This document shows, one piece after another, positions 56,147 to 64,000 of a stretch of DNA of 64,000 bases. The notes under the pieces are model-generated. The model saw only the letters and a program-made list of their open reading frames with translations. It was not told the DNA's origin and made no database searches. The position numbers and the translations under genes are program-made. Source of the stretch: an uncultured Centipeda sp. (lineage in GTDB: Bacteria; Bacillota; Negativicutes; Selenomonadales; Selenomonadaceae); contig CAJPQT010000016.1 of assembly GCA_905372865.1 (NCBI GenBank), positions 1,777 through 65,776 of the forward strand, in the 5' to 3' direction. How positions within the stretch are numbered: the stretch's first letter is position 1; each line of letters starts with the position of its first letter.

Positions 56147-57074
56147 TACGGTAAAATATCCGTATGATGATCTCCTGCGCACGAAGATCGCAGGCATTGA
56201 GATGCGGACGCCCGTCCTCGCGGCATCGGGGACGTTCGGCTTCGGCGAAGAGTTTGCGGACTTTGTCGATCTTGGACGTCTCGGAGGTATCATGGTCAAG
56301 GGGACGACACTCGCTCCGCGGCGCGGCAATGACGGCATACGAATTGCAGAGACACCGCAGGGGATGCTGAACTGCATTGGTCTCGAAAATCCGGGCGTGG
56401 AGCACTTCCTGACAGAGATTCTGCCACGCATCCGACCATACGGTATGAATATTATCGTCAATGTATCGGGAAGCTCCGTCGATGACTATGCGGAAATTGC
56501 ACGGCGGCTCAATGTCGACGGCGTTGCCGCGCTTGAGATCAACATCTCCTGTCCGAATGTCAAGGAGGGCGGTATTGTTTTTGGTACAGACCCGCGTGCG
56601 GCAGCCGATGTCGTGCGTGCGGTGGTGTCGGCATCTGAAAAGCCCGTTATCGCAAAGCTCTCTCCGAATGTCACCAGCATCACGGAGATGGCACTTGCCG
56701 TTGAAGAGGCAGGGGCAGATGTGATCTCGCTCATCAATACGCTCATTGGCATGCAGATTGATATTGAACGAAAGTGTCCTGTCCTCGGCAATCGTACGGG
56801 AGGGCTCTCGGGTCCTGCCGTCAAACCTGTTGCCGTCCGCATGGTCTGGGATGTGGCTCATGTCGTTCACGTTCCCGTCATTGGCATGGGTGGGATTGCC
56901 TCATGGCAGGATGCTGTGGAGTTCTTTCTTGCAGGTGCGTCTGCGGTTGCGATCGGCACAGCGAACTTCACAGATCCCGCGGTTACGATGAAGATCTGTG
57001 ACGGACTTGGACGCTATCTGCATGAAAATCGGATTTCCAATATCGAGCAAATGATTGCAGGAGCATGGGAATAG
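56136..57074 (+). CDS. pyrD: Dihydroorotate dehydrogenase 1B catalytic subunit
   Basis: PVLAASGTFGFG and NISCPN motifs. Confidence 0.95.
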   Translation: MPPNTVKYPYDDLLRTKIAGIEMRTPVLAASGTFGFGEEFADFVDLGRLGGIMVKGTTLAPRRGNDGIRIAETPQGMLNCIGLENPGVEHFLTEILPRIRPYGMNIIVNVSGSSVDDYAEIARRLNVDGVAALEINISCPNVKEGGIVFGTDPRAAADVVRAVVSASEKPVIAKLSPNVTSITEMALAVEEAGADVISLINTLIGMQIDIERKCPVLGNRTGGLSGPAVKPVAVRMVWDVAHVVHVPVIGMGGIASWQDAVEFFLAGASAVAIGTANFTDPAVTMKICDGLGRYLHENRISNIEQMIAGAWE

Positions 57075-57165
57075 GCTTAAATTTTATGAAAAAATTTCTT
57101 ATAAAAAGGGATTTCTGTTCGTAAGGATACCTTTTATCCTACACCGCACAAGGGCTAGGGTAACT

Positions 57166-57196
57166 TTTGACACCTGTACCCCATATGTGGTATAAT
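57166..57196 (+). promoter_or_regulatory. rnpB promoter
   Basis: TTGACA, an 18-nt spacer, then TGgTATAAT. Confidence 0.65.
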
Positions 57197-57203
57197 CTTC
57201 GCG

Positions 57204-57559
57204 TTGGTATGAGAAATCGAGACAATCGCGTCCATTCAACGGGCGAGGAAAGTCCGAGCTCCACAGGGCAGTGTGCTGGATAACGTCCAGCGAGGGTGAC
57301 CTTAGGGACAGTGCCATAGAAATTTAGACCGCCGATCTAGGATCGGTAAGGGTGGAAAGGTGCGGTAAGAGCGCACCAGCAGTCGGGTGACCGGCTGGCT
57401 TCGGTAAACCCCACATGGAGCAAGACCAAATAGGGAAGGGCTAAGGCGGCCCGCCAACCTTCCGGGTAGTGTCGCTAGAGGCGTCCGGCAACGGGCGTCC
57501 CAGATAAATGATTGTCGCCGCCCATCGGGCGGAACAGAACTCGGCTTATTGGTTTCTCA
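57204..57559 (+). ncRNA. rnpB: RNase P RNA (bacterial, type-A-like)
   Basis: GAGGAAAGUCCGAGCUCCACAGGGCA and ACAGAACUCGGCUUA universal blocks. P1 pairs GAGAAAUC with GGUUUCUC. Ends are accurate to about 10 nt. Confidence 0.9.
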
Positions 57560-57627
57560 CATCAATACTATGAACGCATTTATTGTGCGCGGGACTTCCC
57601 CGTGCATTCGTGGAAGGAAGTGTTTGC

Positions 57628-58290
57628 TTGCGAAAGAAAATCAAGATTCTTGCATTATCCGCAATGCTTCTCTGCTCCGCATCCATAGCGAGCGCAGAGT
57701 CGTTCCAGCTTGGCGATCAGGGAACGGACGTAGCTGAAATCCAAGGGCAGCTTTCGAGCTTTGGCTATGATGTCGTCGCCGACGGCGACTTCGGACCGGC
57801 GACCGCGGAAGCTGTGAAGGAATTCCAGGCGGCGCAGGGTCTCGCAGTTGATGGGATGGTAGGTCCCTCGACATATCAGGCACTTCTTGGAAAATCCATG
57901 CCGCAGGTCAGCCGTGGTTCCAACTATATTGTTCGCCGCGTGATCTCGGACTCCATGCAGTACATCGGCGTTCCGTACTCCTTCGGCGGTACGACACCTG
58001 CCGGATTTGACTGCTCGGGCTTTGTGCGCTATGTCTTTGCCAATGCGGGCATCTATCTCCCGCGTACGGCAGATGCACAGTACGATGTGGGCTATCCGAT
58101 CTCGTCATCGGAGATGGTGCCCGGCGATCTTGTATTCTTCTCGACGTATGAGTACGGACCGTCACATGTCGGCATCTATCTCGGAAACGGCAATTTCATC
58201 AACGCCTCATCGAGCCGTGGTGTCGCGATTGACAATTTGTATGGCGGTTACTGGGGGGCGTGCTATATCGGAGCGCGCCGCATTATGTGA
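57628..58290 (+). CDS. Secreted NlpC/P60 peptidoglycan hydrolase with a PG_binding_1 domain
   Basis: Signal peptide KKIKILALSAMLLCSASIASA, a GPAT..AVK.FQ PG-binding repeat, and the DCSGFV catalytic Cys. TTG start after GGAAGGAAG. Confidence 0.85.
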   Translation: MRKKIKILALSAMLLCSASIASAESFQLGDQGTDVAEIQGQLSSFGYDVVADGDFGPATAEAVKEFQAAQGLAVDGMVGPSTYQALLGKSMPQVSRGSNYIVRRVISDSMQYIGVPYSFGGTTPAGFDCSGFVRYVFANAGIYLPRTADAQYDVGYPISSSEMVPGDLVFFSTYEYGPSHVGIYLGNGNFINASSSRGVAIDNLYGGYWGACYIGARRIM

Positions 58291-58303
58291 TGATACAGAA
58301 TCT

Positions 58304-58329
58304 GGGGAGGGGCATAGCCCCTCTTTTTT
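58304..58329 (+). terminator. Intrinsic terminator
   Basis: GAGGGGC ata GCCCCTC followed by a T-run. Confidence 0.7.
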
Positions 58330-58343
58330 CATAGGAGAAACCA

Positions 58344-58421
58344 ATGTCCGATCTCTTTCTTTGCCTTCTCATTTTCCTCATGCTATACTATGTCTTTGGT
58401 GATGAACTCTTTCCGCGCTGA
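58344..58421 (+). CDS. Candidate 25-aa hydrophobic small protein (MSDLFLCLLIFLMLYYVFGDELFPR)
   Basis: ATG lies 7 nt after AGGAG. The ORF is below the track size cutoff, and there is no homology evidence. Confidence 0.3.
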   Translation: MSDLFLCLLIFLMLYYVFGDELFPR

Positions 58422-58500
58422 TGTTTCTACATTAAATACAAAATTATTCCTTTCGGTTGCAATCTGCTATAAATTTATGTAATATGAGGAGCGTATCATC

Positions 58501-59592
58501 ATGGAAGATCCATATTATCTGGCGGCACTCCTGCAATGTCGGCAGATCGGAAGCGTGCGTATGCGCCGCCTGTGCAATGCGGTCTCTTCCGTGCGTGATA
58601 TTTGGTCGATGGACGGTGCGCAGCTGAGAGCGCTCGGGCTGCTCTCGGAGACACTCGCCGAGGATCTGGCCGCTCATATCCGTATGCACGCCGCTTTGCC
58701 GGAGCAGATTGCGGAAGACTGCCTGCGGCAGGAGATCGAACTGGTTACCATAGACGATCCGTTCTATCCGGACATCCTGCGCGAGATCTTCGACCCGCCG
58801 CTTGTCCTTTACCATCGCGGTACGCTTGTCCCAAATGCGCGTCGGATTGGTATCGTCGGTGCGCGTAAATTCACTGCATACGGCGAGGCTGCGGCGATGG
58901 AGTTCGCCGAGCGGATTGCAGCGGCGGGGGTAACCGTAGTGAGCGGTGCAGCACGCGGTATTGATACGCGCGCACATCGAGGCGCTCTGCGCAGCGGAAG
59001 GACGGTCGCAGTGCTCGGCTGCGGGGTGGACATTGCCTACCCGTCTGAGAATCGCCGTCTGCTCGCACAGATTGTCGAGACGGGAGGCGCTGTGATCTCC
59101 GAGTATGCGCCGGGCACACAGCCGCTTCCTGCCTTTTTCCCCGCGCGCAACCGCATCATCAGCGGCCTTTCGGAGGGAACGCTTGTCATCGAGGCGGCAA
59201 AGCGCAGCGGCTCCCTCATTACGGCGGAGATGGCGCTCAGCGAGGGGCGGGACGTGTACGCCATCCCCGGGAGCATCTACTCGCCGCAGAGCAGCGGATG
59301 TCACAATCTCATCCGTGCGGGTGCGCGGCTCGTGGAGTCTCCACAGGAGATTCTCGAGGAGATGCGCCTCGTCGAACCGCCCAAGCGTTCGGCACGCGAA
59401 CAGCTGACACCGGAGGAAGCGCATATCTACCGTGTTCTGTCGTTTGATCATGCGCTCAGCATGGATGAGATCATAGACAGCATGCCGGAGCATACAGCGG
59501 AAAATATCCCGCTGCTCCTGCTTCAAATGCAGCTTAAGGGAATTATTACAGAGAATGAAAGGCACGCCTATCGGCGCGTTGAAAGGAACTGA
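58501..59592 (+). CDS. dprA: DNA-processing protein A
   Basis: IVGARKFTAYG...VVSGAARGIDTRAH Rossmann core and a C-terminal winged helix. Confidence 0.9.
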   Translation: MEDPYYLAALLQCRQIGSVRMRRLCNAVSSVRDIWSMDGAQLRALGLLSETLAEDLAAHIRMHAALPEQIAEDCLRQEIELVTIDDPFYPDILREIFDPPLVLYHRGTLVPNARRIGIVGARKFTAYGEAAAMEFAERIAAAGVTVVSGAARGIDTRAHRGALRSGRTVAVLGCGVDIAYPSENRRLLAQIVETGGAVISEYAPGTQPLPAFFPARNRIISGLSEGTLVIEAAKRSGSLITAEMALSEGRDVYAIPGSIYSPQSSGCHNLIRAGARLVESPQEILEEMRLVEPPKRSAREQLTPEEAHIYRVLSFDHALSMDEIIDSMPEHTAENIPLLLLQMQLKGIITENERHAYRRVERN

Positions 59593-59605
59593 CGGATTGG
59601 CTACG

Positions 59606-61879
59606 ATGACATCTTCACCGAAAACATCCAAAGTGAAAAGGACCAAGAACACAACATCATCTGGAAAGAAATCATCGAAAAAAGTTCTCGTGATTGTGGA
59701 GTCTCCGGCAAAGGCAAAGACGATTGAGCGACATCTTGGAAAAAACTACATTGTGAGAGCCTCCATGGGACATCTGCGCGATCTGCCGAAGAGCCAGTTC
59801 GGCATCGATGTCGAAAATGAATTTTCACCGAAATACATTAACGTGCGCGGCAAGGGCGATCTCATCCGCGCACTCAAAAAAGAGGCCAAGAATGCGGATA
59901 AGATCTATCTCGCAAGCGATCCCGACCGTGAGGGGGAGGCGATTGCATGGCATCTGGCGCACATCCTTGGGATCAACCCGGAGGATGATTGTCGGATTGT
60001 CTTCCATGAGATCACAAAGCCGGCGATTGAGGAAGCCGTGCGGCACCCGCGCCCCATTCACATGGAGCAGGTGGATGCGCAGCAGGCACGACGTATGCTC
60101 GATCGTATCGTCGGCTATAAGTTATCTCCTCTTCTCTGGCGCAAAGTGCGCAAGGGGTTGTCCGCCGGACGTGTTCAGTCTGTGACCGTACGCCTGATCT
60201 GTGATCGGGAGCGTGAGATCGAGGCATTCCAGTCCGAAGAGTACTGGACGGTTGAGGCAAAGCTGAAGCAGGGCAAGAGCGTATTTATGGCGGACGTGAC
60301 ACATGCGCACGGCAAGAAACTTTCGCTGCACAGTGAGACGGAGACGAAACAGTTGACCGACGACCTTGCGCGGCAGGAGTTTACCGTCAAGGAGGTGCGG
60401 CGGAGCGAACGCCGCAAGAAGGCAGCTCCGCCGTTTACAACGAGCTCGCTCCAGCAGGATGCGGCACGCAAGCTCGGCTTTACCTCCGGCCGTACGATGA
60501 TGATCGCCCAGCAGCTCTATGAGGGCGTTGTACTCGGGCGACACGGTGCCACGGGTCTTATCACCTATATGCGAACGGATTCGACGCGTATCTCCAATCT
60601 CGCCGTGGACGAAGCGAGGTCGTTTCTCAGTGAGGAATACGGCAAGGACTATATCCCGGCGCGTCCCAATATCTATGCAATGGGCAAGAAGGCACAGGAT
60701 GCGCACGAGGCAATCCGCCCAACGAGTATTCTGCGAACACCGAGCGAGGTGGAGCAATATCTGAACCGTGACCAGATGCGCCTCTATACGCTGATCTGGC
60801 AGCGCTTTGCGGCGAGCCAGATGTCTGCTGCTGTCTATGATACCATTGCGGCACAGATTACAGCGGGAGACTACCGACTGCGTGCACACGGATCGAAGCT
60901 GAAGTTCAAGGGCTACACTGCCGTCTATGTGGGCGCGGAGACAGCAAAGAAGGAGAAGGACACCCTTTTGCCGGATCTTGTGGCGGGCGACGTACTTGCA
61001 CTCGCCGCGCTGAATCCCGAGCAGCACTTTACGGAGCCGCCGCCGCGCTATAACGATGCCTCCATTGTCAAGACACTCGAGGAGATGGGCATCGGCCGTC
61101 CGAGCACATACGCACCGATCATCGAGACCATTCAGAAGCGCGGCTATGTCGAACGGCGCGAGAAACAATTTCGTCCGACGGAGCTCGGTTTTATCGTGAC
61201 CGATATGCTCGGGGAGTACTTCAAGGATATTGTGGATGTGAAGTTCACGGCGAATCTTGAGGGGGAGCTGGACGAGGTTGCGGACGGCGCACTCGATAAG
61301 AACGATCTTCTCCGAAAGTTTTACGACCCATTCGAGAAGACACTGAAAAATGCGGAGGATGTCATCGGTGAGGTGGAGATTCCCGACGAGGTCACGGACA
61401 TTCCCTGCGATAAATGCGGCCGCATGATGGTGGTCAAACAAGGACGCTATGGCAAGTTCCTCGCGTGCCCCGGCTTTCCGGACTGCCGCAATGCGAAACC
61501 ACTTCTGCGCGATACGGGGGTTGCCTGTCCGAAGTGCGGCGGCAAGATCGTCGAGCGCAAGAGCCGGCGCGGACGTGCCTTCTTCGGCTGTGACCGCTAT
61601 CCGGACTGTGACTATACAACGTGGGATGAGCCGCAGCAGGAGACCTGCAAGATCTGCGGCTCCTTTATGCAGCGGCATCGTTATCGTACGGGACGCAGCA
61701 TCCTCTATTGCAGCAACGAGGCGTGTTCCTCGCGCATTGGCAGCCCCATCGAGAAGGAGCTGGCACGCCAAAAGGAGCGTATACAGGCGGCAAAGAATAC
61801 CGACGCCGTGCCCCCTAAAGAGAAGAAGGCGTCCGTTGCAAAGAAGAACGTCACACGCCGTAAGAGGACGCGTGCATGA
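59606..61879 (+). CDS. topA: DNA topoisomerase I
   Basis: [20 protein letters not shown], catalytic-Tyr region ITYMRTDS, and C-terminal Cys4 zinc ribbons. Confidence 0.95.
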   Translation: MTSSPKTSKVKRTKNTTSSGKKSSKKVLVIVESPAKAKTIERHLGKNYIVRASMGHLRDLPKSQFGIDVENEFSPKYINVRGKGDLIRALKKEAKNADKIYLASDPDREGEAIAWHLAHILGINPEDDCRIVFHEITKPAIEEAVRHPRPIHMEQVDAQQARRMLDRIVGYKLSPLLWRKVRKGLSAGRVQSVTVRLICDREREIEAFQSEEYWTVEAKLKQGKSVFMADVTHAHGKKLSLHSETETKQLTDDLARQEFTVKEVRRSERRKKAAPPFTTSSLQQDAARKLGFTSGRTMMIAQQLYEGVVLGRHGATGLITYMRTDSTRISNLAVDEARSFLSEEYGKDYIPARPNIYAMGKKAQDAHEAIRPTSILRTPSEVEQYLNRDQMRLYTLIWQRFAASQMSAAVYDTIAAQITAGDYRLRAHGSKLKFKGYTAVYVGAETAKKEKDTLLPDLVAGDVLALAALNPEQHFTEPPPRYNDASIVKTLEEMGIGRPSTYAPIIETIQKRGYVERREKQFRPTELGFIVTDMLGEYFKDIVDVKFTANLEGELDEVADGALDKNDLLRKFYDPFEKTLKNAEDVIGEVEIPDEVTDIPCDKCGRMMVVKQGRYGKFLACPGFPDCRNAKPLLRDTGVACPKCGGKIVERKSRRGRAFFGCDRYPDCDYTTWDEPQQETCKICGSFMQRHRYRTGRSILYCSNEACSSRIGSPIEKELARQKERIQAAKNTDAVPPKEKKASVAKKNVTRRKRTRA

Positions 61880-63213
61880 AAAAAATCATCGTCATCGGTG
61901 CGGGGCTTGCAGGAACTGAGGCGGCATGGCAGGCGGCAAAATCCGGTGCTGTTGTAGAGCTCTATGAAATGCGCCCTCTGCGCCGCTCTCCTGCGCATAA
62001 GACGGACGGTTTTGCCGAGCTTGTGTGCAGCAATTCCCTGCGCGGCGCGGGGCTTGAGAATGCCGTTGGTGTTCTCAAGGAGGAGATGCGGCGGCTCGGG
62101 TCACTCATCATACAAGCAGCAGATGCGACCGCCGTCCCTGCGGGCGGTGCACTCGCTGTGGATCGCACGAAGTTCAGCGCCTATGTTACAGAGCAAATTG
62201 AACGGCATCCGAACATCGGCGTTCACCATGCGGAGGTTACGGAGATTCCAAATACTGATGACTGTATCGTCATCATCGCCTCGGGTCCGCTGACGGATGG
62301 TGCACTCTCCGCTGAGATCGCCGCGCTCCTCGGCAATGACGCCCTCTATTTCTATGATGCAGCAGCACCGCTTGTCAGTTTTGCAAGCATTGACATGCGT
62401 GCTGCTTATCGTGCCTCCCGCTATGGGAAGGGAGAGGCGGCATACATCAACTGTCCGATGGACGAGGAGCAGTACGAGGCGTTCTACACGGCACTCACCA
62501 CGGCCGAGACGGCGCAGGCACATGACTTTGAGAAGGAGATCTTCTTTGAGGGCTGTATGCCTGTCGAGGTCATGGCATCGCGCGGCAAGGATACCTTGCT
62601 CTACGGCCCCCTCAAGCCAATGGGGCTGGAGCATCCCGAGACGGGGATACGCCCGTACGCTGTTGTTCAGCTGCGGCAGGACAATGCGGAGGGGACGATC
62701 TACAACATCGTCGGCTTCCAGACGCGGCTCAAATGGCCTGAGCAGCAGCGCGTCTTTCGGATGATACCGGGGCTCACGCATGCGGATTTTTTGCGCTATG
62801 GCGTGATGCACCGCAACAGCTTCATCAATGCACCGCGCCACCTGCGCCCGACCTTTCAGACACAGACAAACGATGCCTTATTTTTTGCGGGACAGATGAC
62901 GGGTGTGGAGGGGTATGTCGAGTCGGCGGCATCCGGTCTGACGGCGGGCGTGAACGCCGCGCGGCTTGCGGCGGGGCAGGAGCCTCTTGTGTTCCCGCAG
63001 ACAACCTGTCACGGGGCACTTGCGCACTATATCACCTCATGTGACCCCGCTCATTTTCAGCCAATGAACATCAACTTCGGCCTTCTTCCTCCAATCGAGA
63101 ATTCGCCGCGCCGTATGCGTAAGCCGGAGAAAAAACGGATGCTTGCGGAGCGTGCGTTGACGGTACTCGCAAGATTTCAGACAGAGCACATGAAAGGACT
63201 ATACACAGTATGA
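61876..63213 (+). CDS. trmFO: Methylenetetrahydrofolate--tRNA-(uracil-5-)-methyltransferase
   Basis: [16 protein letters not shown] and LVCSNSLR motifs. Confidence 0.95.
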   Translation: MKKIIVIGAGLAGTEAAWQAAKSGAVVELYEMRPLRRSPAHKTDGFAELVCSNSLRGAGLENAVGVLKEEMRRLGSLIIQAADATAVPAGGALAVDRTKFSAYVTEQIERHPNIGVHHAEVTEIPNTDDCIVIIASGPLTDGALSAEIAALLGNDALYFYDAAAPLVSFASIDMRAAYRASRYGKGEAAYINCPMDEEQYEAFYTALTTAETAQAHDFEKEIFFEGCMPVEVMASRGKDTLLYGPLKPMGLEHPETGIRPYAVVQLRQDNAEGTIYNIVGFQTRLKWPEQQRVFRMIPGLTHADFLRYGVMHRNSFINAPRHLRPTFQTQTNDALFFAGQMTGVEGYVESAASGLTAGVNAARLAAGQEPLVFPQTTCHGALAHYITSCDPAHFQPMNINFGLLPPIENSPRRMRKPEKKRMLAERALTVLARFQTEHMKGLYTV

Positions 63214-63749
63214 CATTTCATGCAACAACCATTGTTGCGGTCAAGAAGGGAAACAAGGTAGCCATTGCGGGCGATGGACAGGTAACCTTTGGGGAACGCG
63301 CGATTATGAAGGCAAACGCACGCAAGGTGCGCCGTCTTTATCATGGAAAGATCCTTGCGGGATTCGCCGGATCGGTTGCGGATGCATTCACTCTGTTTGA
63401 GAAATTCGAGGTCAAACTCGAATCCTACAGCGGGAATCTGCAGCGTGCCGCCGTCGAGCTCGCAAAGGACTGGCGCACGGACAAGGTGCTGCGCAAGCTT
63501 GAAGCGCTGCTGCTGGTCGCGGACAAGGGCGGCATTCTCATGATCTCCGGCAACGGCGAAGTCATTGAACCGGATGGAGACTGTACCGCGATCGGCTCGG
63601 GCGGATTCTTTGCACTTGCCGCAGCCCGTGCGCTCACCGCGCACAGCACGATGGACGCACCCGAGATTGCAAGGGAATCCCTCTCGATTGCAGCGGATAT
63701 TTGCGTCTATACCAATCATAACATCACGGTGGAGGTACTGGAATCATGA
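63210..63749 (+). CDS. hslV: ATP-dependent protease subunit HslV
   Basis: [11 protein letters not shown] gives an N-terminal Thr nucleophile after Met removal or processing. GSGG is present. Confidence 0.95.
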   Translation: MTFHATTIVAVKKGNKVAIAGDGQVTFGERAIMKANARKVRRLYHGKILAGFAGSVADAFTLFEKFEVKLESYSGNLQRAAVELAKDWRTDKVLRKLEALLLVADKGGILMISGNGEVIEPDGDCTAIGSGGFFALAAARALTAHSTMDAPEIARESLSIAADICVYTNHNITVEVLES

Positions 63750-64000
63750 GTCAAATCGGCGTCAATGAACAGACCCCGCGCGCGATTGTTGCCGAGCTGG
63801 ACAAATATATTGTCGGGCAGTACGAGGCAAAGCGGTCCGTCGCCATCGCACTCCGCAACCGCTGGCGCAGCCGTCAGCTCGACGATGAGATGCGCGAGGA
63901 TGTCATTCCGAAGAACATCCTGATGATCGGCTCGACCGGTGTCGGCAAGACCGAGATTGCACGCCGCCTTGCGCGTCTCGTCCGTGCGCCGTTCCTAAAG
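63746..64000 (+). CDS. hslU: ATP-dependent protease ATPase subunit HslU (5' part; runs off the window)
   Basis: [30 protein letters not shown] and Walker [16 protein letters not shown]. The ATG overlaps the hslV stop. Confidence 0.9.
   Translation, partial: MSQIGVNEQTPRAIVAELDKYIVGQYEAKRSVAIALRNRWRSRQLDDEMREDVIPKNILMIGSTGVGKTEIARRLARLVRAPFLK

Noticed and set aside
57099-57317. 72-aa minus-strand ORF.
   Set aside because: It overlaps the rnpB promoter and the 5' part of RNase P RNA, so it is spurious.
1-64000. Search for CRISPR arrays, rRNA or tRNA genes, and an intact prophage or integrase.
   Set aside because: I saw no regularly spaced short repeats, no tRNA cloverleaf-like conserved arms, no rRNA blocks and no intact tyrosine or serine integrase. 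Only recombinase and transposase fragments are present. A tRNA scan with dedicated software would still be prudent.

Overview
This is a 64-kb chromosomal window from a moderately GC-rich Firmicutes-type bacterium. The gene order dprA-topA-trmFO-hslVU, a glmS ribozyme, a PyrR-type pyr leader and a type-A-looking RNase P RNA fit Clostridia or Negativicutes, but this taxonomic guess is inference only. About 12.5-64 kb is a densely packed housekeeping core: comM/yifB, a protein-glycosylation cassette, dnaE, rluB, aroA-cmk-plsC, htrA, rlmH, gdhA, uppP, pth, glmS, a two-component system, ecfA1A2, an HD-GYP protein, an LCP protein, an ABC-F protein, recD2, pyrB-pyrC-carA-carB-pyrK-pyrD, rnpB, dprA, topA, trmFO and hslVU. 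The first 12.5 kb is accessory and is the most interesting part. The promoter and 5' end of comM occur four times in direct orientation (about 94, 8225, 10078 and 12442). Only the last copy continues into an intact gene. The copies delimit three inserted segments:
- Segment I carries an ABC exporter pair, an IS30 transposase remnant, an HNH nuclease, DinJ-YafQ, an N-terminally truncated large serine recombinase, and a LysR regulator next to an MBL-fold hydrolase.
- Segment II carries a DUF389 membrane protein.
- Segment III carries a second truncated serine recombinase, a SAP-domain protein and a frameshifted WYL-regulator remnant.
The last two copies are identical for 214 bp and then drop abruptly to roughly 88% identity. 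This looks like an attL/attR scar of a decayed 2.36-kb integrative element. No CRISPR array, rRNA or tRNA was seen. Many long antisense ORFs in the track are composition artefacts.
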